Of a stretch of 64,000 nucleotides of DNA, positions 39,953-53,069 are shown piece by piece (the first letter of the stretch is position 1; each line of letters opens with the position of its first letter). A program made the position numbers and the translations under genes. Below the pieces are notes generated by a model. That model saw nothing but the letters and a program-made list of their open reading frames with translations. It had not been told where the DNA came from and did not search any database. This DNA comes from Vermamoeba vermiformis (lineage: Eukaryota), in assembly GCA_045837725.1 (NCBI GenBank), contig JBEWZL010000011.1, positions 310,001-374,000 of the forward strand, read 5' to 3'.

Positions 39953-42900
39953 TTATTTGAAGAAGATCAAAGGCTTGCCGGGCTCAGCGGAGTTACGGCT
40001 GGCAATGGGTTCAGGAGCAGATTCGTCCAAAGCGGCGTAAATCAAAACTTCCTTAACTTCCAAGGTCCTAAAATAAATAATATATTAATATCATCTTCAT
40101 ACCAAAGAGGTTCAACATGTTGGAAGAAGAAAAAATATAGGTTTCAGGTCGATCTGATCGAATTATGAATCTACTTACTTGCAAACGTAAGCGATGTTGC
40201 TTTGCAAGACGTCCTTCTCGCTGAAGGTAGTAGTCAAGTCCATAGCTTCAACACCACGGTTCTTAACCTCTTCCTTGATGAAGTTGACGAAAGGCATGAC
40301 CTTCTTGGCTTGAGCCTTCAAAGCTGCATCCGCTTGAATAGCATCGTTGATCTCCTTGTTGGCGGGGAACTCCTTAGTTTGCTACAATAAATAGCATATA
40401 TTAGCATTATAGAACATTAAAAGGGAATGGTAAGAAAAAAGTTGTTTTTTTGATCCGGATCTTACCTCGTTGTACAACTTGCGAACCAAGACCAAGGTCT
40501 TCTCTTGCCACTCAGGGTATCTATCAGCAATGTAGATGCTGGCAGTCGTAGGAGCAGCAGGCTTGGCGCCCTTCTTGGGGTTCATGTGCGCGGCCAACTT
40601 CAATCTGAAAGTGTGCAAAGTGTGCATCAAGTAGTCGTTGCGCTTCAACAAGTCATTGTCAATGGGACCAACTGCAGGCCATGAAGCCTTGGTGACGGTG
40701 CCTTGCTCGTTCAAGACGTTACGCCAGATGTGTTCGGCCCAGTGAGGAGTGACAGGGCTGATCATGATGACTTGAACGCGGATGAATCGTTCGATCAATT
40801 CCTTGTTCAAGTCTTGACCCTCAGCTTGGCACACAGTCACGTAGTTGTCACGAGCAGTTTGCAACTCATAGAAGCCAGTCTTGACGGCGTCGTGGAAAGT
40901 CATACTAGAGCTCAGTTAGACACGTGTCACGTGATCGGAAAATATCAGCAAGAACTTACTCAGCGTAGGCCTTGTCAGTCAACTCGATAGCCTTGTTGAT
41001 CTTGCTCTCGAAGACCTTGTCGGCGAAGGTCGTAGCAGGGCCAGCACGCAACTTAGCGTTCTCCTTCAAGGTGTCCTATGACGCGCACGTGAGTCACAAA
41101 TTCAAACGTGTAACATTACTGTTGTAGCCAGTACTTACAACAATCCAGTGGTATTGAGCGTACAACTTCAAGACAGCGTTGTTAACAGTGTCTTCAGAGA
41201 AGTTGGCGTCTTCCAAAGAGTCACCAGCATCGGCCAAAGCAAATCGCATGCCATCAGCGCTGAACATCTCAACGGCATCGTGCAAGATCAAGAAGTTACC
41301 CTTGCTCTTGGACATCTTCTCTTTGTCTCTCAACAAGTGACCGTTGGTACGGACAGACTTGGGCCAGTACTTCTCGGGGAAGATGGCAACGTGGTTGTAG
41401 ACCCAGAAGATCAAGTGGTTAGGAATCAAGTCCTTGCCAGATGCGCGCAAGTCAACGGGGTACCAGTAAGAAAACTCCTTCTTCAACTTGGCCAAAGTGT
41501 CAGCGGGAATGTCACCAACAGCAGGACCGTCGCAGAAGATGTGCTCGAAGAACTAACCACAAAATATTAATAATGGTGTAGGGCTTACACGAATAGTCAG
41601 GTCGTACCTCGTAAGTCAATTGCTCGGGCTTAATGGCAGAAGGTCCAACCTTGGATCCGTCCATAACTCCACCTTGCAACAAGTGGGCAATAGTGTAGTA
41701 AGCCATGTAGATGGTAGAGTCGGACAAAGACTCGATCAAGTAAGAAGGATCCCAAGGCAACTTAGTTCCCAAACCGTAGGTTCGAGAGCAAGCCCATTGG
41801 TGCATCCACTTGAAGGCAGCCTCCATCTTGATGCGGGTCTCAGGGTCGTAAGTGGTCATGCCGTTCAAGCATCTATAAGCATAATCTATTAAAATCCAAT
41901 TCCATAGTGATTAGGGTGACAAGGTGCACTTACCTCTCGGCCAAAGTTCTCCACTCGTCCTCACCGTAGGTCAAGTACCATTGGTCAACCAAGGCGACAA
42001 CGCAAGTGTCACCAGATCGAGAGACGACAGCAGCTTCAGGTTCGCTGTAAATAATGGCTTGTCCGGAAGCCAACAACTCGCTGCGGATCTTCTCCTTGGC
42101 CTTCTCGACCTTCTCGCCGGCGTAAGGGCCAACAGTCATCGTGCCCTCGTAGAAACCAGCCTTGTAGACGATCTCCTTAGCTTCGTCCAACTTGACGCGA
42201 TCACCTTGACCGTTGATCTTCATGCGAGTAACAACGTTCTCGGCGGCCTTATCGCCCAAATCAGGGATGTTGATAATAGGCACAACTTCGAAGTTGACTT
42301 GTTCAGCGGTCAACTTGAAAGTGTCGCGCAATTGTTGCTTTTGTTGAACGTCTCTCCAAGCAACAAAGTCGTCCGGACTGTCAGAAGGTACTGAAGTGAC
42401 GACACCAGTAGTCTTTTCAGTGCTGACAGAGAACATGGGCCAAACGAAGATCTTGTCGTACTTGGTCAAGGGAGCCTTGACGGCGGCACCAATCAAGTCC
42501 TTGCCAGTGAACGAGGCCAAGCACTTGATCTTGCCGAACTCGTGGCTGTAACCTTGGTAAGACAAGTCTGCAAAGATCGTTAGTCACGTGACTTTATATG
42601 ATCAAAGTTGGTGACTTACTAACAGCAGCACGTTCAGTGCAAATGAAGATTTCGTTGTCATTGATCTCAAAAGCACCGTATTTGCCGTCGGGCAAGACCC
42701 AGACGTTAGTTTGACCGTACATGGTCTCAGGTCTCAAAGTCGCAGGGACCAAGTAGACCTTCTTGGTGGTGCCGTTCAACGCGGACAAAGCAGCGGGGAA
42801 AGGCTCCAACAATTGTTGCTTGACCAAGACGTACTCTTGAGGCATAACACCTTCACCAGTAGCACGATCGTGGTCCATACAGGGTTGACCGTCCAAAGGC

Positions 42901-44548
42901 GAGTAGATGGTAAATCTGAAAAACCGATCAGTAACACGAGCAAGCCAAAATGGATAATTTTGATATCAATCGTTTCGTAATATTATATTGAACTAAATAT
43001 GCGTTAAAAGGCGCGTACCGCTTGCCGAATTGGACCTTGCCCAACTTCTTCAATTTTTCGAATTGCCAACGAACGAAAGCGTCATAGTAAGGGTTCTTAT
43101 CGGTCGTGATAAATGTTCTGCGCCAATCAATTTTAGCGCCCATCATATTCAAATCAGTCTACGCAGAAGAATGTTAATCACTATCTCGGATTCGCATCCA
43201 AAAATTTTGTTTGCTTGAGACTTACAATAGCCAAGGGAGGGAAGTAGTCCAGCCAATAATAAGGATCAGCGAACTTATCAATAATGTTTGTGGGGACTCC
43301 TGAGCTCTTCATGATATCCCATTGATAAGCGGCATCACCAGTTTTCTAGTCAAATAGCCGTATTAGTAATTAATTCAGGGACTATTCTCGCAATACAATC
43401 TATCGAGACCGACGGCTTATATAATAAAATGGTAATGCTATTGAATAGGATACTTACGGCAACTGCTTTAGCCTTCTTAGATCTGCCCTTGGTCTCGGGT
43501 TTCTTTTGATCCTTAGACTTATCATCTGCTGCGGGTTTAGCTTCTTCCTTCTCTTCAGGTTCTTCTTGAGGCTTAACCTTAGCTATAATAGCGAAAATTT
43601 GTTAATCGCACGTTGTCATAACGAGATCCATAGCACGTGTAACGGAAAATCGGAAACTTACCAGGGAATTGTGGAGGGTTGCCGTAAGTTTGAATTTCTC
43701 GCTTAATCTTGTCAGCGCTGGCCTATAATTAAATCAATTAGTTAGAATTTTGTAAGCAGAAATTAAATTATTGGATAGACGCTTGATCTAGCTACTTTAT
43801 TGATCCGGTGCTACTTACCATAATAGGCATACCAGTGCAGTGGAAACCGAAGGGGAACAAAGCGTTCTTTCCCTTCAATCTTTGATAGCTGACTTCAAAC
43901 TATAATAATAAGAATAAGCATTTCGATCGCGTGCCAAAAAATTTGTATTACTTACCTCGCATTTGCTCAAAGTAAAAGCGTGTCCCAAATGCAATCTTCC
44001 GTTCATATAAGGGTAAGGGAAGGTGGCAACGTACTATATTAGAAAAAACAGACGATCAGTAAAAGTATTTTTGATAGGAGTGAGTAATTTTTATAATTTT
44101 ATGGTCAAGAGTGTGCAAAAAAAAAGCTAAATATTTATAATATTAGAAAAAAACTTACTTTAGGAACTGAGGGATCTTCGGGAGCATCCATCTCAAACAT
44201 TTTGTTCTGTGCCCAATAGGCTTGAATGTCTTTTTCAACACCCCTCAACCAGTCGCGCTTGGCGTATGATTGAGGTTCCTAATGAAATTAATAGCGTGAG
44301 AAGCAAGCTAAGAATTGGAGTTAACATCCAGATCAAAAAAAAACGTCAGTAATAATTTTCAAAAAATTGAAAAAAGCTACCTTATTAATTCCAAATATAT
44401 TCTTTATGATATACACGCATTTTGCAAATATTTTGACGAGTAAAATAATAACTAACTTCCAAATGTTTCGTCGATCTGCGAAAGATAACGGATTTGTATT
44501 CTTTTGACTTACTGATTTAGTTTGCTGTTTATTCTCTTGTTTTTCCAT
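39953..44548 (-). CDS. LARS1: Cytosolic leucyl-tRNA synthetase
   Basis: [42 protein letters not shown] and KMSKS motifs. Confidence 0.97.
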
Positions 44549-45041
44549 GATTAAATACTCTGTTTACTATCTATCTGTTGTTGGTATTTGTGGTCTGTTC
44601 AAAGAGTCAGCAACAAAAATGTTGCGTTGCGCTTATCAGCTGTTTATTCTCAGATTTTGATCAGAAAGCAATAATTCGTATTTACTATGTAGTAGGCTGA
44701 TGGTAATAATGTTTCGCGTATATTTGGTAACGATCGGTAACTCGTTGGTTTGGATGGGATGCGATGAGGAAACAAACACTACACCGCTGCGAACCCCGAG
44801 CCAAACATTAATATCTCGGGCCGAGAGATGCGACTGTAAGCATTTACTTCCGGCTCTAATAGCCAGCTTTTTATTTAAATCTGATTTCGTAATTTAAAAT
44901 ATTAATTTACAAACTTGAGCTGCTTTAAAACAACCATCAATCCGCTGAAGGCTCACATTCAATTTATTTCTTCCAGAATCGGAGAGTTTCTCGTGCCAAA
45001 TTTTTTTCTTTTTGGCTATTAATTATTATCTGGTTCGTACG

Positions 45042-48000
45042 ATGGCCTTCACCTCGAATAAAAGACAAAAAACTTTTCATATCTCAAATGAGTGGTTTTG
45101 TGGAGGCCAATTGCCGAACGAGATCTTATACCCGATCGTAGATAAGCTGGACATCAAATCAGTGCAAAGGTATTGTCATTTTAATTCTCTAGAATCATTT
45201 AATAATATGGATTAATTATTACGATACTAATTTATAATGGATATTTCTTATTCTTTTTTATTCTTCTTAGAAATTATTGACGCTCGTTACTATTAATACC
45301 ACGATAAATATTATAAGTTCATTATTTAGTACTTCCGGAAGCACAGCCAAAAAAAAGTCTATCCCGAACACGGTTTTGGGATAGGGATAACGGAACATTC
45401 GCACGATAGCGCCGAGAGAACACCACGGAGAAACAAACCGTCCATATAAAAAATATTGTATTTATTGTTGTCTATGTGATGAAAGTGGTGGCGAGTTGCC
45501 TGGCGAACAAATTTTTGTGGAGTGGATTTGCTCGATCAAATCCGCAAGACCATGAACGATTTTGCCTATTGCAAGATCGTTGGATATATATTTGGGTGTG
45601 GTCAAATCAGAATATATACGTGGTAAGTGAAAATAAATTTTGATTTTTATGGCGGACATCAGCTCGATCAGAAAAATTCAGATCTAGCGTAGAAAATTAG
45701 TTTTACGATAGGATCAATTTTAGATATACTTATACTATTAAATTATGACGATTAATATGTTTATTTTAGCGATTAGACGTAGAACTTTCCGATCGTGCAC
45801 GCGATCGAAATCTGACTTGCATGAACGTAACTCCCCGGACAACAAGGTAAGTAATACTATATTATAAATATATTATACATATTAATGTGTAAAATTAATA
45901 GGAAAAATCAGGGTCACGAGTGGCAATAGGCCCCGAGCACGATCCGGTCTCAGACGAAGTATGTGATTGCGCTTGCTCGGTAAGTCGACTTTATTTGTAT
46001 ATTAGTATATATTATAACTATTTATTTAGATAGAAATCGACGAGATAAAAAGTTTTGGCGGATTGGCTAGCGGATCAAATATTGTAAGTTTCTTTATCAT
46101 CCTGTCATATACAAGCGATTTATATAATATATTTGACCGTTTTTTTATTATAATAATGCAAATCGATGACTAACATTTTTGTTTTTAGACTTGATCCGAT
46201 CAGCGTACTTTGGAGCGGACGTATGATGCACAGCGAATTTTGCATCATGATCTGGCATCAAGTAGATATGCTCATTGGTGACCTAAATAACATCAATAGA
46301 GGGTTAGTGCTCAGAATTGCTTGCTTGAATAGCATTGCTTTATTAAAGTACGTGGCACGCACTTTTTTTTAAATAATATATACATTGTTCTTATCTTTAA
46401 ATAGCGTTAATATTTTCACTATAGAGCAACCACCCCATCCGAGAGGAAATGACAACGATTGGCCACAATTCGCAATTCTCACTGCCCGATCTTCGTCACT
46501 CGTGAATTGCAACAATCTCAAGTCGAAGAACACATGTGAGGCTTGACTCAACCGTTGGCGATCTGGTCCGTAGTTTCTAATGCTCGCCTCAAACACGCGA
46601 GTTAACTCGCCTTCATACTCAATGCCCTGGTACTATAGATGGACGTGAGAAGATAGTCAGATCGGTATGTACCTTGATCTTCAATCCAGTTGTAGGAGCT
46701 ACGACAACCTTGGCTCCTTGATAGTAAAATCCTAATTAACACCGTATTAATAGGTTATGATCGAATTGCTTGTACCTTTGAATGTGACCATGCTGCGAAT
46801 TCTAAACGCTGTCACCCGCGGATCGACGTAAATTTGACGAAGTCGGTTCTTGTCATTGTCGGTTGGCTCTACTTTTTCAATTGCTTTATGCAACTCGAAT
46901 TCTCTAATTAGAGCTCTGTAAGTATCAATCTTATTGTGCCAACGTTAGTTGACTAACGTTTTAGCAGTGCGACTCTTTCGTGGCGAGAAGAACTCAGCCG
47001 CTGACTTGACATTGCCGTCATCATCAACGTACGTCTTCATTCTTGCTGCACGCATGTTTTCATTCTAAACTCTTATTAATACAACTCTTGTTCGTAGGCA
47101 TTGGTCTAATTACCTGCAGCAAAATGTCGTTGCACGTGTTCACGTAGTTGGAGTAGTGAACAGCCTTTCGTTTGTCTTTGTTCGTACCCTCTTCAGAGCT
47201 CGTTGATTGCACCCAGAGCGGACCAAGGAAACGAATTTGAGACGACACTGCATAGAGAGTCTCGAAGTTCGGATTTTTGAATTTTCGATCAGGAAATAGT
47301 TTCTACGATGATTAATCAAGTATGGAACAACACATCCTTACGATCAAATCAGATCTGACTTGATGCACGAGAATATCCAAGTCATTATGCACTTGTATCT
47401 CGTCAAATGTCCACTGTCGTTGAAGAATTGCAAGCAGGCCATTCATGATCCGGGACCAAAGCATATACTTCTCTGCTTTAAGAAGCCTGTACGAGTTAGA
47501 AGGTGTGGTACAAAGACATGCAGCTTACCTTTGATGGGCAATTATGGATAGGTGCCCATACGTGCGCCACATTTTACCCGAAAGGGGTCCCGTGAACTTA
47601 CGGCTATCGTCTATGGTTGTCAATAGGTAAGTACTATCTAGTATTGCTATTCAAATACTTACTTTTTGCATCCTTGTAGATATCAAACGAGATTGTGGTC
47701 AAGTGTGGCGGTGTATGAAGACCGTTAATTGCAGCGTTCATTGTGTTCCTGTACTTTGCTGGCGATAGATCATCCTTGTAGGCACCTGCTAAACTGCATA
47801 TTGCTTCTGCGCATAGCTTGATGAGGCCAAGAGATATTAGATGAAGAGAGCAAACGCCAAACCGCTCAAAGAAGTTATGCGAGAATATTCTTAACTTCCA
47901 AAAGACGCTCTAAATAGTAAGTGAGCATTTGTAATAACTATTATACTAACCTTCTTTGCAGTGAAGCCACTATCTTCTTGCGTTTCTTGAACCAGGTCGG

Positions 48001-51000
48001 GATCATTGCTTGCAATCATGGTGTCAATCATTTGTTGCACTACTTTCATTTGTAAGTTATCTCATGATACGTTGATATACGTACTCCTTTCGGGATCTCT
48101 AAAGAGTCGACCTGCGTATTCTAAATTTTTAAACTCCCAGCTTGGAGTCTCAGTGTAGAAGGATGGAAAGTTCCCACTCGAGCCCACAGTACCTGCCAAC
48201 TCGCAACGACCTGGATGATCGGACTTGACCATGTGGAGGCCACCAACAGGTAAGACAACCTTTCCTTTAAACAAAATCGGGTTCGCGCGTTTGTTCTCGA
48301 GGTCAGCAAAGTACGTAATGAGGACATCATCGATGAATTCCTTTTTTCGCTCCGCAAAGTCTTTTCCGAGAGTGACGATATCAAACTTGCAATCACTTTT
48401 TTTCGAGTCCTATTAGAATAGAGTTAATTTGAGTATCTCTGTGACTTGAGCACTTACCTCCAAGCCAACGTTCGCAAACGAGATGTACATCGAACAAAAG
48501 TTTTGTTTTTGGATTGCGTCAAACCCGTCGACCCATAAGTTGAATAATATCAACTTGTATAACCCGGTGTCAAGGTCTGTAGCAAACTCCTCGTCATACT
48601 TTTTGAATCCTTCGTAGCCAGAAGGGTGCTTGACGTCATCGTTGGCACGCTCAACCCAATGAGCATCGAATAGTCCTCTCTTCGTGATGTACTCCAGTAT
48701 GTCGTGAGGGTGATGGTACAGAATCGGCTTTGTTGCACCAGCAAAGTAGTATTCTCTGGTAGGAATGCGATCGAGTATAAACTCGTCGCACTTATTGGCG
48801 AGGTGAATTGTGGGTGCCACTGTCTCATTGTTCAACGAGAAGAGTTGAGTCTGAGTAATATCAAGTAGCTCTTGATATGCAGCATCTGTACACACATGTC
48901 ATAATCGTTGGTTCATTGTTACTGTGACTTACCGCTGATGTTATTGCGATGTCGCCAGTTTGTCAGTGCAATCTGAGCTTCACTATTTACGTATTTGATA
49001 TATTCAGCAGGGCGTCCTATTTTGTTGACAACTGGCACCTTCTTTACTTGCTTGGGCGAGTGTCGAACAGTGCACGTGGTGACCGACGTCGACAGTTCGT
49101 AGTCGTCTATGTCAACACCAGTTGCCAATGACACGTGAGTTTGAGCGAGTAGATCGCTGGTTACGCAAAACTTCTTGGTGCATTGCCAAGTATTGTCCAA
49201 ACTCTTCACCTTGAAATTGAGCTGCAGCTCTACGTGAAACAGACCCTCGCTATCATCACGTTCTCTTGAAGTGATGAGAATGTTGTACGTGCCGGCGTCT
49301 GCTTTCACAAGTCGAACATTTAAACTCCTATTAAGCTTTAATAGACATCAACTGATTATAGTATTACCAGTTGTCGAGACCAGGAAGGCGAACACTGTCA
49401 GTTGTCAAACTGGTCACCGTACTTCTGAACCATTGTTCAACAACAACTTCAGGCTCATCAGCGTAAGTATCTATATCCATTTCGTCTTCAAACGAGTAAT
49501 CATCATCTTCGACACTATTATTATTATTGTTGTTATTATTATTTATATTATTATTTCGGATCTCATTCGCCCGCTGAACGTCTCCTTCAGCTGGTATCAT
49601 TTTAGTACTATCATATACATTAATATATTATCTTACTATAGGCCTTCATAATTTCAGCATGAAGTGGTTGCGAGCGATGCGTTCCTAGGATGATCGCGCG
49701 GTACGTGACAGGATCTGCTCCGCAGACTTTGCAACAGTAGGCCTTGCCATATTGGGACTTGCTAAACAGTTTACTGTTAGTCTTGAGGATTGTGGACATC
49801 GAGAGATGGTGGTCGAGGTCAGTACAAATGAATTAAATTTGAAGTTCAATTTTTTCGTTTTATTTCTGCTAACGAACCAGTACAATAGCATGCCACCAAA
49901 GCGACAGAGATCCAGTGACGATACAACCCTTGCCATGGGCCTTGGCTCGCCATTGCCAGCTGCAGACTGTGGCAATCAAGCAAAAAAGTAAGTTAAATCT
50001 GCCGATCCGGAATTTTCGAAACTTTATTTTGCTTTAAATAATTTGCAACTAATATATAATAGCATACGAAAATATATAATAGCCAAATTTACTATTTTTA
50101 AGAGAATCGAGTTGCATACAAATTTTAAAAAATTAACTAACGAACTAAATCCAGGCAGAAGATCTGCGCCTCCGAACCGAATGGCTCTTCCATGAATGAG
50201 GAACCGTAAGTAATATTAGAATATATTAATTTTGATTAACCATATTATTTAGGATTGATTGGAGCGAATCAATGAACATTCGAATTTTGAAGGTCTGGAA
50301 CGCGCTTCGTCGTGGCGATGTACCTGCAGAGGTACTAAAAAGGTATAATGTCGACGAAGTAGCTCTTCGAAATCAAGAAGAGCAATACATAAAAGAGCGA
50401 GAAGAAGACACACCGGCCTTGATCTGGGTACGTAGCCGTTTGATCTTAAACTTGACTAACCAACTGACAGAGCAAGATGAAGGAGCTCTATCATCGCGAC
50501 ATATTCTGTACGCACCCGAATTGGAAGGCTCAACAGCTTCGACCCTGGCTTGATGACGAGATCAAGTCCAAGAACGTTCAACCAATGACAGCAGTCATTC
50601 ATGAGAAGATTATTGACAAGGTAAGTTAAGCTTATATAACAACTCTATGCATATGACTCACTTTTCTGTTCAGCTTGTAAAGTTCTTCTCTCGTGAACGC
50701 GATGCTCTTGGTCAGCACCTGATCGACTTTGCCGAAAGCCATCACGATCACAAGGCCAAGGCTAAGGCCGACAAGAACTACTTAACGACAAAGGAGGGAA
50801 GGCAATGGCTAATCCGGGCAGCAAGACACATTATGGATCCGAGGTCAACAGTTCCGAACCACCTCACGCCCAGCAATGAGCTCTTAGATTATCTTGAGCC
50901 AATGCTGCTGGTGATTGGTAAGTACTCGAACAGTTTGATTATATACTAACTATATACAAAGCCCTCACTCCTGTTGGCAAGGTGCCTGACCTTGGTCAGT

Positions 51001-52980
51001 TCAAGAGCCGAAAGAAAGACAAGTCCATCGCCAAGGACTTTATGGGATACAAACATACGCAAAAGCCGGGTACGTTTTATTTGTTTAGTAATAACAAGCT
51101 GACTCTGTTAATTAGTTGAGCCAAAGCTCCCAGCGGAAGGTACGTAGTCTCGATCCGTAAACTGATCCTTACTGACCGTGTCCCTTAGTGAAACAAGGCA
51201 AGTCAAATGCGAACAGTAAGACTAATGTTATTTTTAATCAATTCTCATACGAACTAACGTACATTGAAGAGAAAGGCGGCAAATCCAAGGCAAACGCATC
51301 GGCGAAAAAGACCACTGGTGAGTACAATTACAATAGAATTATTTCTCATTGTTAATAAATCATAAAATTAAGGAACGCGCACAAGCAACAGAAAGAATAG
51401 CACAAGTGGTAAGCCACCTAAAACTTGATCCGAATTAATTTATTAATTTTTATTTACAGGCATGTCTGTTGGTGAAGATCGCCCTGCTTCTTTAGATGAG
51501 AGCTGCGAGACAGTCAACTACGACATCTTGCTGAGTGACAGTGACGAAGATGAAGATCCGATCCCGATGCGGATCACGAACAACACCAATGCCAAGAAGT
51601 AAGTCCGGCACCCTGTCTATATATTATATTATGTAACTTATTATGTATCTCCTTATTGTATATAAATAAATATTATATTAAACGTAAACTGTTGTAATGT
51701 ATTGTACGTACCACGATCTTATCCACCTGCTATCCGCTTCTCTTATCCCTCGTTATTATATCCGTTTTTATCCGGATTCGTGGTGTCTTTTATCCTGTCC
51801 GTTTTGCTGTTTCCGGACTGACTTTTTTTTGGCTGTGAGTTTTAAAAGAATTAATCTTTTTCTTTAGTATGAGCCTCACTTGCAAAAGCTGGAACCGGAA
51901 TGTCTGGAGATACGTCGCGCATTTTGACACAAGAATTGAAGAGGACAACGGCACTATTAGTAGACTATCCTTTACGGTGGCGAATGCCATTTTATGCAAA
52001 TTGGATCCATTGCACCTCTCTTCAATTTATTTCCACGCCAAACTTTCTCCGAATCAAGGGTATGAAAATTCGAATTACGAAAGTTTTAATTTATCCTTCG
52101 TTTAGGTTTCCAGGTGTCTTGTTGCAATGCACTCGTGTGTGCGGCCTCACGTACATTAATGGCCTGAGTACCAGATCCGACGCTATGCCCTCGGATGCTC
52201 CTCCTCCTTTCAAGATAGAAAAATTCTCGAGGCTATATTCATTAAACCTATCGATACCTTTCAAAGGATGGATCGCAGCCATGACACAGTTAACTTCGCT
52301 TAGTCTGCCGAGTTGGCCAATCAGTAGTAATCAAGAATTACTGAAAATGACGAATTTAGTGCATCTTCGTATTGGTAACGAAGTTTTTCCGCAAAGCTTG
52401 CAAGATCTGGCAAAGATGACGCAGATCCAAAACCTAGAGCTAGACAGTCAGTCTCAGTATGACAACGTTCTGACGTCAATGACAAACCTTACTCATTTAA
52501 GGGTATTTAATTTCGAAGAAAACGACGTACCGCCCCCGAATGTAACTTCGCTGACAGTATTCCAGATCAACAATTATCCGAAACTAATGAAACTGGAGGC
52601 GTTGGAGCTGAGTAAGTATTCATAATAGCAAAATACATATGATATACTTGGAAGGCTAATTGGACGCTGTTCTAGCTGGCTATTGCTTCGAAGATCGGTT
52701 TGACTTCAAAAAAATTTCGTCTCTGGCAAGCCTTCGTAGTCTAACTTATCGCGATTTCAGTATTTTTCATGTTCCATATTTAACCAACCTGACAAAACTG
52801 GCAATATTGGACAGACGAGCAACCTCCTTAATGAATTTGAATTGGATCCAGCATTTCACTTTGCTAACGCGATTGCAAGTCTTCGAATACAGCTGTAAAC
52901 CAAGAGTGTGTCCTTATATGGTCGCTGCATTGTTTCCGTTACGAGACGTTGTTATCAGGTTCCTCCCAAACTTGGCTTAA
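45042..52980 (+). CDS. F-box/leucine-rich-repeat protein; intron 1 carries the transposon
   Basis: Exon 1 (45042-45169) LPNEILYPIVDKLDIKSVQ joins exon 2 (from 51868) SMSLTCKSWNRNVW to complete an F-box. Later exons carry LRRs (MTQLTSLSL, MTNLVHLRI, LTNLTKLAI). Confidence 0.8.
45342..45359 (+). repeat. Left terminal inverted repeat
   Basis: CACAGCCAAAAAAAAGTC is the exact reverse complement of 51820-51837. Confidence 0.95.
46369..49799 (-). CDS. EnSpm/Plavaka-like DDE transposase, about 14 exons
   Basis: N-terminal CKVC...H.....H zinc finger, poly-Asn/acidic linker, LWVDGFD, KSDHPGR, CSLH (C/DxxH), GKMWR and FLGPLW...SEEGTN. Manual splicing gives one uninterrupted frame. Confidence 0.82.
49890..51602 (+). 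CDS. Transposon accessory ORF of unknown function, 11 exons
   Basis: All 11 exons join in frame from MPPKRQR to TAA at 51600-51602; basic micro-exons and an acidic tail. Confidence 0.75.
51719..51796. repeat. Subterminal TATCC/GGATA repeat cluster of the transposon
   Basis: Six TATCC copies inside the right TIR; GGGATAGGGATAA at 45378-45390 inside the left TIR. Confidence 0.65.
51820..51837 (-). repeat. Right terminal inverted repeat
   Basis: GACTTTTTTTTGGCTGTG followed by AG. Confidence 0.95.
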
Positions 52981-53069
52981 CATTCAAAAACTAATAAATT
53001 CGGCAAATCAATTTTTCTTGTCATTAAAGAAACAGCTACATAGCAACATATATTTTTCAATACACGGAG

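Larger units (their letters stand above)
45342..51837. mobile_element. CMC/EnSpm(CACTA)-like DNA transposon, 6,496 bp, apparently complete
   Basis: Perfect 18-bp TIRs CACAGCCAAAAAAAAGTC, 2-bp AG duplication at 45340-45341 and 51838-51839, and an internal DDE transposase. Confidence 0.9.

Noticed and set aside
40202-42980. Long + strand ORFs opposite LeuRS, and similar shadow ORFs opposite the SDR, P4-ATPase and DDX60 genes
   Set aside because: Antisense shadows of codon-biased exons; no motifs or splice logic of their own.
48040-48084. In-frame TGA (48062-48064) in the transposase, suggesting a nonsense mutation or recoding
   Set aside because: It lies inside a plausible 45-nt GTACGT...TAG intron that preserves the frame and matches the element's other intron sizes.
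49515-49556. (TTA/TTG)n microsatellite
   Set aside because: Encodes a poly-Asn linker in the transposase; common in AT-rich protists.
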